A stretch of 64,000 nucleotides of DNA from an uncultured Candidatus Rokubacteria bacterium (GTDB lineage Bacteria; Methylomirabilota; Methylomirabilia; Rokubacteriales; CSP1-6), in NCBI GenBank assembly GCA_963747235.1, contig CAVVEU010000033.1, positions 1 through 64,000 of the forward strand, written 5' to 3'. Numbering within the stretch: position 1 is the first letter of the stretch; each line of letters starts with the position of its first letter. Below the pieces are notes generated by a model, which had not been told where the DNA came from, did not search any database, and saw only the letters and a program-made list of their open reading frames with translations. This document shows, one piece after another, positions 21,694-31,617 of the stretch. Both the position numbers and the translations under genes were made by a program.

Positions 21694-22985
21694 CGCAGCT
21701 CGATAACGGGGACGACCGACATGCCGGGCACCAGCAGCGCGTGCCCGTTCTGCCCCGGCTCGAGCACGAGCTTCACCGGGACCCGCTGGACGACCTTGAC
21801 GAAGTTGCCGGAGGCGTTCTCGGGCGGCAGCAGCGAGAAGCGCGAGCCGGTGCCGCTCTGGATCGAGTCCACCCGCGCGCGGAACACGAGGTCGGGGTGC
21901 GTGTCCACCGACACCCACGCGCGCTGGCCCGCGCGCACGTGGGTGAGCTGGGTCTCCTTGTAGTTGGCGATCACCCACACGCTGGCCGCGTCCACGATCG
22001 CGAGCAGCGGCTGGCCCGGCTGCACGGTCTGCCCCACCTCCACCGTCCGGCGGGTGACGCGGCCGGCGACCGGCGCGGTGATCGACGCGTATTCCAGATT
22101 CAGCTCGGCCTCGCGCAGGGCGGCGCGCGCCTCCGCCACCTGCGCCTCGGCGCTCACCGCCTCCGCGCCCCGGATCGTCACCTCGCGCCGCCGGCTGCGG
22201 GCCTCGGCGAGCGCGGCCTCGGCCCCCTCGAGCAGCCGCCGCGCCTGGATCAGCGCCACCTCCTGCGCGGCCACCTCGGCTTCGGCCTGGGCGACCTCGG
22301 CGTGCGCCACGTGCACGCGCTGCCGTGTCGCCTCGACGGAGGCCTCGCCGGTCCGGAACGCGGCCTCGGCGTGGTCGAACTCCTGCCGCGCGATCAGCCC
22401 GCGATCGAGCAGCTCCCGCATGCGCCGGTGATCGAGGCGCGCGCGCTCGAAGTCCGCCTGGCGCGCCGCGACGTCGGCCTGCGCGGCCTGGACGGACGCC
22501 CGCCGCGCCACGAGGCGGCTGCGCCGCTCCTCGAGCGTCCGCCGCGCGCCGTCGATGCCGAGCGCCGCCCCCGCCACGGTCGCCTCGGCGCGCGTCACCT
22601 GGCTGCGGGTGGACTCGTCCGTCATGGGCACACCCTCGGTGGCCATGTGGTGCCGGCCCGCCACCGTCGCGAGCGCCGCCCGGGCCTGGTGGACCTTCAC
22701 CTCCAGGTCCCGCGGATCCAGGCGCGCCAGCGGCGCGCCCGGCCGGCACCTCCTGGTTGTCGCGCACGAGGACTTCCAGCACGGTGCCTCGCACCCGGGC
22801 GCTGACCGGCGAGACGTGCCCCTCGACGAAGGCGTCGTCGGTCGAGACGTGACGGCTCCAGTAGCGCCAGGCGTGGACGCCGTACGCGCCGGCGGCCAGC
22901 ACGACGAGGCCGATGAGGACGAGGCCCAGGACGCGCCAGCGCCGATGCCGCGCGGGCGGCGGGGAACGCGTCTCGCGCGTCGAGG
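21690..22985 (-). CDS. HlyD/EmrA family membrane fusion protein (frameshift near 22740; start codon not resolved)
   Basis: TM segment, VSTDDAFVEGH, ANYKETQL, FSLLPPENASGNFVKVVQRVPVK. Confidence 0.88.
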   Translation of the reverse strand, partial: PRRARRVPRRPRGIGAGASWASSSSASSCWPPARTASTPGATGAVTSRPTTPSSRGTSRRSAPGCEAPCWKSSCATTRRCRPGAPLARLDPRDLEVKVHQARAALATVAGRHHMATEGVPMTDESTRSQVTRAEATVAGAALGIDGARRTLEERRSRLVARRASVQAAQADVAARQADFERARLDHRRMRELLDRGLIARQEFDHAEAAFRTGEASVEATRQRVHVAHAEVAQAEAEVAAQEVALIQARRLLEGAEAALAEARSRRREVTIRGAEAVSAEAQVAEARAALREAELNLEYASITAPVAGRVTRRTVEVGQTVQPGQPLLAIVDAASVWVIANYKETQLTHVRAGQRAWVSVDTHPDLVFRARVDSIQSGTGSRFSLLPPENASGNFVKVVQRVPVKLVLEPGQNGHALLVPGMSVVPVIELR

Positions 22986-22989
22986 TCGG

Positions 22990-24722
22990 TCAGAGCTGCC
23001 AGTCCTGGTACCAGGTGGACTCGGCGCCGATCCCCTCGCGCTGCACCGACACGTCGATCAGGTACGGCCGGTTCTCGCGCGTGATCTTGTCCATGCCGCG
23101 GCGGAGCGCCGGCTCCAGCTCCTTCACGGTGGTGACCGCCTCGCCGTCCACGCCCTGCGAGCGGGCCAGCGCCACGTGGTCGGTGGCGGGGGCGCTGAGC
23201 CAGAGGCCGGGGTACTTGCCCTCGCGGATCATCTTGCTGTCCGGCATCTCCTTGGCCCAGTTGTGCCGCACGATCTGGTAGCTCTCGTTGTTGGACACGA
23301 TCGTGAGCACCGCGGTGTTGTAGCGCGCCATCGTCCAGAACCCCGACGCGCTGTAGCCGAGCGCGCCGTCGCCGAGATGCAGGACGACCGGCCGCTCGCG
23401 CCCCACCGCGATCTTGGCGCCGATGGCCGCGCCCACGCCGAAGCCGAGCGAGCCGCCGCCGCTGCGCGTCCAGTCCATGCCGCCGTGGCCGAAGGCCATC
23501 AGCGTGGTCCGCGCGGTCGAGCTCTCCTGCACCATCACCGTGTTCTTCGGCAGGATGGAGGCCAGGTGCGCCTCCAGCACCGCCGGGTGCACCGGCGAAT
23601 CGTGCTCGTGCTCGCGCACCAGGTTCTCTTCCCGCTCGATCAGCATCGCGGCGTAGGTGCGCACCTTCGCGCGCTGGGTGGCCCACGCCCCCGCCTTCTC
23701 CGCCCCGTGCACGCGCCCGAGCGCCAGGGTGATGGCCCTCAGGGTCTCGGTCGTCTCGCACTGCGCGGCCAGGTCCAGCGGGTAGTGCCGGCCCATCAGC
23801 AGCGGGTTCGGCCCGATCTGCATGATGACCGGCTCGTTCACGCTGCCGTGCACGCCCTGGCAGCCCACGAGGAAGATCAGGTCCGGCTTGAGCCCGGTGG
23901 CCTTCTCGAAGTCCTTGGACACCGGATAGTTGCCGCAGAAGAGCGGATGCCGCGTCGGGAAGTTCGGGAAGATCTGCCGGCTCGCGAACACCGGCGCCTC
24001 CAGCGCCTCGGCCAGCCGCACCGCCTCGGCCTGCCCGCCCTCCCGCCAGACATCATCGCCGAACATCAGCACCGGGCACTGCGCCTCGCCCAGCCGCTTG
24101 GCGATCGCCGCCACCGTCTGCGCCCGCGCCGGCCCCGGCCGCTCGATCTGGTACCCCGCGCCCTCGCCGATCGTCGCCTCGAGCCCTTCCGTGTGCAGCA
24201 GCTCCGCGCTGATCGAGAGGTACACGGGCCCGTCGGCGGCGTGGTGGCCTCGCGCAGCGCACGGATGGTGGCCACGCTGATGGCCTTGGGGTTCGTGTGC
24301 ACCTGGTAGGCGCAGCGCGCTTCCTTGGTGATCGGGCGCATGGACTCGGCCTGGCTCAGCCCGGGGAACGGGGCGAGCCCGCGGTAGTCCTGGAGCTCCG
24401 AGGCCCAGTCGCCCGCGATCACGAGCAAGGATGAGCCCGCCACCTGCGCGTTGAAGAGCTGGCCCGCGAGCTGGTAGGAGCCGCCCATGACGTGCGCGAT
24501 GACCACGCCGACCTTGCCGCTGACGCGGTGGTAGCCGTCGGCCATCGCGGCCACCAGGCCCTCGTGCTTGCCGACGACCAACCGGTTGTCGCCATCCTCG
24601 GCGATGGCGGCGAAGAGACCGGTCTCGGCGGACCCGGGATTGGTGAAGAGATACTCCACGCCCGCGTCCTTGAGCGTCTGGAGGAGCAGCATGCCGCCGG
24701 TGCCGGTGATGGTCTTGCGCAT
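22990..24722 (-). CDS. Thiamine pyrophosphate-dependent enzyme (benzoylformate decarboxylase/acetolactate synthase-like); frameshift near 24230
   Basis: YLFTNPGSAE, HEGLVAAMADGY, GGGSLGFG, LGDGALGY...SNNESY. Confidence 0.88.
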
Positions 24723-24754
24723 GGTTGGCCTCGGTGTCGTCGGTTCGAGAGGGA

Positions 24755-24792
24755 CCCCCTCACCCTGCCCTCTCCCCCGAAGGGGGAGAGGG
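24755..24792. repeat. boxC-like palindromic repeat
   Basis: CCCCCTCACCCTGCCCTCTCCCCC-GAA-GGGGGAGAGGG, intergenic. Confidence 0.9.
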
Positions 24793-24804
24793 AGGAGCAA
24801 GGGA

Positions 24805-25230
24805 CTAGTGAGCGGCGGCGACGGCCTCGGGCATCTTCTCCACCGCCACCGTCGGGTGCACCGCGGGCGAGTAGATCTCGAGGATCTCGAGGTCGTCGGT
24901 GCACTCGAGCTCGTTGTGGACGATGCCGGCGGGCTGGAGCACGCAGTCGCCGGGGCCGAAGGTGCGCTCGCCCTGGCCCTCGTAGACGAACTTGATCGTG
25001 CCCTTGAGCACGTAGAACATCTGGAAGTCGCACTCGTGCTTGTGCAGCCCGGTGGTGTGGAGATCGTGGGTGTCGCCGCCCTGCTTCACGCGGACGATGT
25101 GGGCGCGCATCTTGCCGTGGGTGGCGTCGGCGATGCCGAGGTCGCGGTACTCCATGAAGCTGCGGAGGCCCTGCTGGTAGACGGCGTCCTTGGCCAGGCT
25201 CGCGCTGAACTTCTGCTTGGGCTCGCTCAT
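24805..25230 (-). CDS. Cupin domain protein
   Basis: GLRSFMEYRDLGIADAT, GLHKHECDFQMFYVLKG, QPAGIVHNE. Confidence 0.85.
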   Translation of the reverse strand: MSEPKQKFSASLAKDAVYQQGLRSFMEYRDLGIADATHGKMRAHIVRVKQGGDTHDLHTTGLHKHECDFQMFYVLKGTIKFVYEGQGERTFGPGDCVLQPAGIVHNELECTDDLEILEIYSPAVHPTVAVEKMPEAVAAAH

Positions 25231-25250
25231 GTCGATCTCCTCCTCTGCGA

Positions 25251-25967
25251 TCAGACGGTGCGCTGCAGGAAGCTGGTGGTCAGGGGCCAGCTCAGGTCCG
25301 CGTAGTACGGCTGGAAGCCCGGGTTGTCCGGGTGGCGGAAGCCGTGGTTGGCGTCGGAGAAGAAGTGCCACTCCACGAGCTTGCCATTCTGGATGAAGCT
25401 CTGCCAGAGCGGGCCCTGGATGGCCGGCGTCGCGATGTAGTCCAGGCCCGCCGCGAAGACCAGCGAGGCGCACTGGAGCGTCTTCGCCAGGTGGAAGGCA
25501 TGCCGAGGCCGGTGCGAGGTCTCGGGCTCGTCGCGCACCGAGGGGTAGTAGAGCACGATCGCCTTCACCGACGGGTGATCGGACGCGAACGGGATCAGCA
25601 GCCGCCCGCCCATGCAGTGGCCGATGCAGCCGGTGCGCGCCGGATCGGTGTGCATGCGGTCGATCAGGTAGCGCCAGGCCTCGTCCATCTTGCCCAGGAA
25701 CTCGTCGTCGCCGTGCTTGGCCTGCAGATCCGCGCCCATGCCGATGTGGGTGGTGCCCGCGATGCCGAACATGTTGAAGAGATCGGGCGCGAGCACGTTG
25801 AAGCCGAGGCACGCGAGGCGATAGGCGTCGATCTTGTAGTCCGCGGTGACGCCGTGGGCGTGGTGCACCATCAGGATGCCCGGCCGCTGGCCGGGCGCGT
25901 CCGGATGCGCCATGTAGCCCGGGATGCCGTCCTGCTCCGGGGTGAGCATTCTCGCGACGACGTTCAT
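25251..25967 (-). CDS. Dienelactone hydrolase family protein
   Basis: GHCMGG nucleophile elbow, APDLF, FSDANHGF. Confidence 0.88.
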   Translation of the reverse strand: MNVVARMLTPEQDGIPGYMAHPDAPGQRPGILMVHHAHGVTADYKIDAYRLACLGFNVLAPDLFNMFGIAGTTHIGMGADLQAKHGDDEFLGKMDEAWRYLIDRMHTDPARTGCIGHCMGGRLLIPFASDHPSVKAIVLYYPSVRDEPETSHRPRHAFHLAKTLQCASLVFAAGLDYIATPAIQGPLWQSFIQNGKLVEWHFFSDANHGFRHPDNPGFQPYYADLSWPLTTSFLQRTV

Positions 25968-26793
25968 GTCCGCTCCTTGATCGACACGCGCCAGTGGATG
26001 CGATCTTCCTCCGGGGGATAGTCGCCCGCCGCCTTGTGGTACGAGCAGCGGTTGTCCCAGATCACGATGTCGCCCTTGCGCCACCGGTGCGTGTAGCAGC
26101 CCTCGGGCTGGATCATGCGCTCGGTCAGCTCGTCGATCAACGCGTCGCTCTCCGCCGCCTCGAGCCCGTCGATAGAGAGGATCTTGCCCGGGTCGAAGTA
26201 GAGGCCCCGGCGGCCGGTCTCCGGATGCGTGCGGATGATCGGGTGGAAGACCGGCGTCCAGTCGCGGTCCTCCGCGTTGAGCAGCGCGGTCGCCTTCCGG
26301 CGGCCGCCATAGGTGAAGGCGCCCTTGCGCCCTCCAGGCGCTCCTTCAACCGGGGCGGCAGCGCGTCGTAGGCCGCGTACATGCTGGCGAAGTGCGTGTC
26401 GCCGCCGCGGCTCGGCACCGCGAGGGCGTAGAGCTGCGTCGCCTTGAAGGGCACCTCGTCATAGGCGCCGTCGGTGTGCCAGCCCTCGGCGCCGCGGCGG
26501 TAGATCGCCAGGTCGAGCGCGCCGTCCGCGCCGAACTTGTTCACGCCGAGCAGGGTGACCTCGGGGCGCTCCGGGTGGCGCGTCATCTTCGAGGGATGCG
26601 GGACGACCTGGCCGAAGCGGCGGCTGTAGGTCACGAAGTCGTCGAGCTCGAGCTCCTGCCCGGGCACCACCGCCACGTTGTGATCGAGCCACGCGCGGTA
26701 GATCCGGGCGAAGCCCGCGTCGTCGAGCCTCCGGACGTCCACGCCCAGGATCTCGGCACCGATCTGCGGCCCCAGCCGGCGCACCTCGATCAT
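25964..26793 (-). CDS. TauD/TfdA family dioxygenase (frameshift near 26325)
   Basis: GWHTDGAY, GGDTHFASMYAAY; second frame HRWRKGDIVIWDNRCSYHKA..RIHWRVSI. Confidence 0.88.
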
Positions 26794-26794
26794 G

Positions 26795-28102
26795 TTAGTG
26801 CTCGCCGAGCCCGGCGCTCGCCCGCGCGAGCCACTTCTGGTCCCGCGGCGAGGCGCGGCGCGCGAGGCGCCGGCGCACGAGGCGCAGGGCGTCGTCGTAG
26901 CGCGCGAGCTCGAGGTAGCACGCCACCATGGTCTCCTCGAAGAGCTCCCACTGGGCGTGGCTGCCGCCGATGCGGTGCATCTCGTGCTCGACCGGCTCGA
27001 AGTGGGCCAGCGCCCCCGCGAAGTCGCCCGCCGTGAAGGCGGCCGTCCCCTGCACCAGCGGCAGGACGACCCGGCCCGCGATCGGATTGCCCTTCGCGTC
27101 GAGCGCCCGCAGGCCGTCCATCATCTTCGCCAGCGCCGCCTCGTCGCCGCAGGCCGCGTAGGCCAGCGCGGCGTGGCACTCGCCGAAGAGGTAGCCGGGC
27201 CGCGAGACGCGCCCCGCGATGTCGGCCAGGGTCCGCCACGGCAGCGCGCCCGGGCTCGCCGCGTCGAGCCGCACGCGCCAGAGCAGCGCGGTGCCGTCGG
27301 TCATGGTGGAGCGCGCGTTGCTCGCGGCCAGGATGTCGCGCTCGAACAGCGCGAGCGCCTGCGCGTAGCGGCCCTCGTGCAGCGCGAACATCGCCTGGTG
27401 CCAGGCGAGGTGGCAGTGGAAGTGGGCGCGCCGGTCGTAGCCGGCCATCCAGTCGTCCAGGAACGCGGAGCCCGCCTCGATGTCGAGCGTCTCGAAGGCG
27501 ATGTGGGCCAGGTTGTGGGCGGCGCTCGCGTTGCGGGGATACTGGTCGAGCGACGCCAGGGACAGCCGCCGCGACTCCTCGAAGCGGTCCACCTCGTGAT
27601 AGGTGAAGGCGAGCGCGGACTGGAACCACCAGTCGTCCCCGTAGGCGGGCGCGAGCCGTTCGAGAAACGCCACGCGGTGCTCCTCGCGGTCGCTCCGCCC
27701 GGCCAGGGCGATCGCGCTGCTCGCCTGGTTGACCAGCATCGCGTCGCGCGGGAACTCGGCCACGTGCTCGTCCACCAGCGCGAGGCCGCGCGCGGTCTCT
27801 CCCGCGATGAACGCGCTCACCGCCTCGACGTGCTGCCGCTCGCGCCGCGTGGCACCGTCCACCGTCTCGCGGGCGCGCGCGGTGGCGGCGCGCGCGGCCG
27901 CCGCGTCTCCCTGCACCGCGGCGAGGAGCGCCCGCCCCACGTGCGCCAGCGCCAGCCGCTCGTCGGCGGCGAGCGCGGCCGCGAAGCGCTCCTCCGCGCC
28001 GGGGCCGTAGGCCAGCAGATCGTCCATGCCCTCCTGGAACCGATCGAAGGCGGTGGGCGACGACGTGGTGACGGTCAGGCCGTAACGGTCGGTCGAGGGC
28101 AT
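26795..28102 (-). CDS. TTC38-like tetratricopeptide repeat protein
   Basis: DRYGLTVTT, AAHNLAH, HCHLAWH, IGGSHAQWELFEET. Confidence 0.8.
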   Translation of the reverse strand: MPSTDRYGLTVTTSSPTAFDRFQEGMDDLLAYGPGAEERFAAALAADERLALAHVGRALLAAVQGDAAAARAATARARETVDGATRRERQHVEAVSAFIAGETARGLALVDEHVAEFPRDAMLVNQASSAIALAGRSDREEHRVAFLERLAPAYGDDWWFQSALAFTYHEVDRFEESRRLSLASLDQYPRNASAAHNLAHIAFETLDIEAGSAFLDDWMAGYDRRAHFHCHLAWHQAMFALHEGRYAQALALFERDILAASNARSTMTDGTALLWRVRLDAASPGALPWRTLADIAGRVSRPGYLFGECHAALAYAACGDEAALAKMMDGLRALDAKGNPIAGRVVLPLVQGTAAFTAGDFAGALAHFEPVEHEMHRIGGSHAQWELFEETMVACYLELARYDDALRLVRRRLARRASPRDQKWLARASAGLGEH

Positions 28103-28115
28103 GGGGGGTCGAGCC

Positions 28116-29490
28116 TCAGGTCAGCAGGGCCAGCGGCTCCTCGATCAGGTCCGCGAGCGCGCCCAGGAACTGGGCGCCGCGGGCGCCATCGAGGGCACGG
28201 TGGTCGCAGGACAGCGTGAGCGTCATGGTCGGCTGCACGGCCGGCTGGCCGTTCACGGGCACCACGCGGTCGGCGATGCGGCCGACGGCCAGGATCGCGG
28301 CCTGCGGCGGATTGACGATGGCGCTGAAGGCGTCCACGCCGTACATGCCGAGATTGCTGATCGTGAACACGCCGCCCTGGATATCCGCCGGACGCAGCTT
28401 GCCGGCCTGGGCGCGGGCCACCAGGTCCTCGCGGCGCGTCGCGATGTCCTTGAGGCCGAGCGTGTCGGCCCGCGCGATCACCGGCACCACCAGGCCGTCC
28501 TCCAGCGCGACCGCGAGGCCGATGTTGATCTCGGCGTGGCGCTCGAGCGCGCCGTCCTTCCACGAGACGTTGACGCGCGGGTGCTGCGCCAGCGTCGCCG
28601 CCACCAGCTTCACGAGCAGGTCCGAGTACGTGATGTGCGCCCCGGTCTGCTTGCGCGCCGTCCCGAGCCACGCCACCAGCCGCGCCACGTTGACCTCGCG
28701 CACCAGGTAGAAGTGCGGCGCCGTCGTCCACGACGCGGTCATCCGCTCGGCCATGATCCGCCACACCGTGCCGACCCCCTCTCCCCTCTGGGGAGAGGGC
28801 AGGGTGAGGGGCCCGGTGGTGAGGGGCCGGTGGTGACCGGGCGCCGCGACGGCGGGCACATCCGCCACCAGCACCGCGCCGCCCGGCCCCGACCCGCGCA
28901 GCGCGCTCAGATCCACGCCACGCTCCGCCGCGAGCCGCCGCGCCTTCGGCGACGCCGCGACGAGTCGCACCACCATCGCGCCATTGGTCGGCGCCAGCTT
29001 CCGGCTCTCCACGAACGCGAGCACGTCGGCCTTCTCGATCTTGCCGCTCGCGGTCTTGATGCGCGCGAGGTCCACGCCGTGCTCCTCGGCGATGCGGCGG
29101 GCGAGCGGGGAGGCCTTCACGCCCTCGCCCTCGGCCCCTCACCCTGCCCTCTCCCCGGGAGGCGGACCCGTGGCACCCTGCGGCGCCCGTCAGCCCTGCC
29201 CTCTCCCCACGGGGAGAGGGCAGGGTGAGCGGCACGGTGCGAGGGCTGTCGCCCGGCTCGGCGATGAGGGCGATGGTCTGGCCGACCGGGATGACGTCGC
29301 CTTCCTGCGCGGTGACATTGCTCAGGATGCCGGAGGCGGGCGACTCGATCTCGACCGTGACCTTGTCGGTCTCGATCTCGACGATGGGCTCGCCCTTCCG
29401 CACGGTATCGCCGGGCGCCTTCATCCAGCGCACGACCTTGCCGGTCTCCTGCGCCAGCTCCAGCGCGGGCATGATGACGTTGGTCGGCAT
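28116..29490 (-). CDS. Dihydrolipoamide acyltransferase (E2) of an acetoin/pyruvate-type dehydrogenase complex; two subunit-binding domains, repeat insertions, frameshift near 29135
   Basis: Lipoyl motif EIETDKV; KASPLARRIA and AASPKARRLA; TISNLGMYG, PPQAAIL, DHRALDG. Confidence 0.92.
28776..28811. repeat. boxC-like repeat inside E2 coding sequence, in frame
   Basis: CCCCTCTCCCC-TCT-GGGGAGAGGGCAGGGTGAGGGG encoding PLTLPSPQRGEG; adjacent partial GGTGAGGGG copy. Confidence 0.9.
29135..29229. repeat. boxC-like repeat (one full plus one half unit) inside the E2 lipoyl-to-PSBD linker
   Basis: CCCCTCACCCTGCCCTCTCCCC...CCCTGCCCTCTCCCC-AC-GGGGAGAGGGCAGGGTGAG encoding PLTLPSPRGERAG...RGEGRVRG. Confidence 0.88.
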
Positions 29491-29516
29491 CGCTAGACTG
29501 CTCCCCTCACTTTTGG

Positions 29517-29552
29517 CCCCCTCACCCTGCCCTCTCCCCCGAGGGGAGAGGG
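29517..29552. repeat. boxC-like palindromic repeat
   Basis: CCCCCTCACCCTGCCCTCTCCCC-CGA-GGGGAGAGGG between E1 beta and E2. Confidence 0.9.
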
Positions 29553-29554
29553 TG

Positions 29555-30541
29555 CTAGGCCTTGCGGCATAGCGCGCGGGCGGCCTCGAAGACGGTCTGC
29601 TCCGAGGGCACCGTGAGGTCCTCCAGCACCGGCGAGAACGGCACCGGCACGTCCATCGCGCCCATGCGCTTCACCGGCGCGTCGAGATAGTAGAACGCGC
29701 CCTCCGCGATGACCGCGGCGATCTCGGCGGTGACGCCGTAGCGCTCGTAGCCCTCGTCCACCACCAGGGCGCGCGAGGTCTTCTTCGCCGAGTCGATCAG
29801 CGCCTGCTTGTCGAGCGGCCACGTCGTCCGCGGGTCGATGACCTCCGCGCTGATGCCCGCGTCCTCCAGGAGCTTGGCCGCGCCCAGGGCCACGCCCACC
29901 ATGCTGCTGGTGGCCACGATCGTGATGTCCGTGCCCGCGCGCTTCACCTCGGCCACGCCGAACGGGATCGTGTAGTCGCCCTCGGGCACCGGGCCCTTCA
30001 GGCGGTACATCATCTTGTCCTCGAAGATGACCACCGGGCTGTCGTCGCGGATCGCGGTCTTCATGAGCCCCTTGGCCTCGTAGGGGCCCGAGGGCAGCGC
30101 GACCTTGAGGCCGGGCACGTGGCTCACCCACGCGTGGAGCGACTGCGAGTGCTGGGCGGCGGAGCGGCGCGTGGCCCCGAGCGTGGTGCGGAAGACGATC
30201 GGCACCTTGATCTTGCCGCCCGACATGTAGTGCGCCTTCGCGGCCTGGTTCACCATCTGGTCCATGGTGAGCGTGATGAAGTCGCCGAACATGACGTCCA
30301 CGATGGGCCGCATGCCGGTCATGGCCGCGCCGACGCCGATGCCCGCGTAGCCGGGCTCGGAGATCGGCGTGTCGATCACGCGCTCGGTGCCGAACTCCTG
30401 CACCAGCCCGACCAGGGTCTTGAACGGATGGCCGGCCTCGGCGATGTCCTCCCCGATGATGAACACGCTCGGGTCCCGGCGCATCTCCTCGGCGATGGCT
30501 TCCTTGACCGCTTCCCCGTACGTCAGCTCTCGCTCGGCCAT
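29555..30541 (-). CDS. 2-oxoacid/acetoin dehydrogenase E1 beta subunit (AcoB/PdhB-like)
   Basis: IIGEDI, RVIDTPISE, DQMVNQAAK, AAQHSQS. Confidence 0.93.
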   Translation of the reverse strand: MAERELTYGEAVKEAIAEEMRRDPSVFIIGEDIAEAGHPFKTLVGLVQEFGTERVIDTPISEPGYAGIGVGAAMTGMRPIVDVMFGDFITLTMDQMVNQAAKAHYMSGGKIKVPIVFRTTLGATRRSAAQHSQSLHAWVSHVPGLKVALPSGPYEAKGLMKTAIRDDSPVVIFEDKMMYRLKGPVPEGDYTIPFGVAEVKRAGTDITIVATSSMVGVALGAAKLLEDAGISAEVIDPRTTWPLDKQALIDSAKKTSRALVVDEGYERYGVTAEIAAVIAEGAFYYLDAPVKRMGAMDVPVPFSPVLEDLTVPSEQTVFEAARALCRKA

Positions 30542-30557
30542 GTTCCTTCTCCTTCGG

Positions 30558-31533
30558 CTAGTCGATGACGCGGTCGGCCCGGACCAGGATCGACGGAGGC
30601 ACCGTCAGCCCGATCCGGCGCGCCGCCGTCATGTTGATCGTCAACAGGATCCGGCTGACCTGCTCGATCGCGAGCTTGCTCGCGTCCGCTCCCTTGAGGA
30701 TCTTGTCCACGAACGTCGCCAGGCCCTTGAAGCTGTCGATCACGCCCGGCCCGTAGCTCGCGAGGCCCCCCGCGTCGGTGAACTCGCTCCAGCCGAACAT
30801 GCTGGGGATCTTCTCGCGGGCCGCGAACTCCGCGATCTCCGCCCGGCGCACGAGCGTGAGCGAATCGGGGAACACGATCATCGCCCCCGGGCGGCTCGCG
30901 CGGATCTTCTCCATGACCGCGGGCAGCTCCGCCGGGCTCCGGGCCAGGTGGCGGGTGATGGTGGCGCCCACCCGGCGGGCCGCGTCCTCGGTCACCCGGT
31001 ACTCGGCCAGCTCGCCCGCGTGCTCCGGGTTCGACAGCAGCGCCATCTGCGTGGCCTGCGGCACCAGCTCCTTGAGCAGCTCGATGCGCTTGCTGGAGAG
31101 CTCGAGGGCCATGAAGGTGATGCCGGTCATGTTGCGGCCGGGCTTGGCCAGGCTGTCCGCGAATCCGGCCGCCACCGGGTCGCCGCTGTAGGCGAACACC
31201 ACCGGCACGCGCGCGCGGGCGGTCTTGAGGTAATCCACCGACGGGCCGCGCGAGGCCAGGATGTCCAGGCGCTCGGCCAGCAGCTCGTCCACCAGCCCGG
31301 GCAGCCGCGTGAAGTCGCCGTTCGCGAAGCGCGGGATCAGCACGAAGCTCTTGCCCTCGACGTGGCCCAGCTCCTGGAGGCCCAGCCGCAGGTTCTCGAG
31401 TCCCGCGTCCGGCGGGCTGACGTAGGCGAGCCATCCGATGACGGGCCGGACCCGGCGGGCGCTGGGCCAGCGCGCGGGAGGCGCCGAGGGCCACCAGCCC
31501 CGGCGCCAGGGCCAGCACGGCCCGGCGCGACAT
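30558..31533 (-). CDS. ABC transporter substrate-binding protein (ABC_sub_bind type); frameshift near 31445
   Basis: MSRRAVLALAPG signal; VIGWL, GDPVAAGFADSLAKPGRNMTG, KRIELLKELVP, GGLASYG, LVRADRVID. Confidence 0.85.
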
Positions 31534-31617
31534 CCCGCTCCCCTGCCCGAGCCCAACCCGCGACATCGCGCCCCTCCGAGTCCGGTGTGCCCTACGTGTG
31601 GCTGCCGGCTGCTTATC

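Noticed and set aside
20122-22902. 926-aa HlyD-MFS fusion
   Set aside because: A frameshift near 22740 puts the HlyD N-terminus in the MFS frame; the genes are a normal EmrA/EmrB-type pair with an ATGA overlap.
22960-22992. TGA of the ThDP enzyme is in frame with the HlyD N-terminus, which lacks a visible start (possible read-through or Sec)
   Set aside because: No conserved Cys context, only a weak 5-bp hairpin, and the fusion makes no functional sense; a corrupted start codon is more likely.
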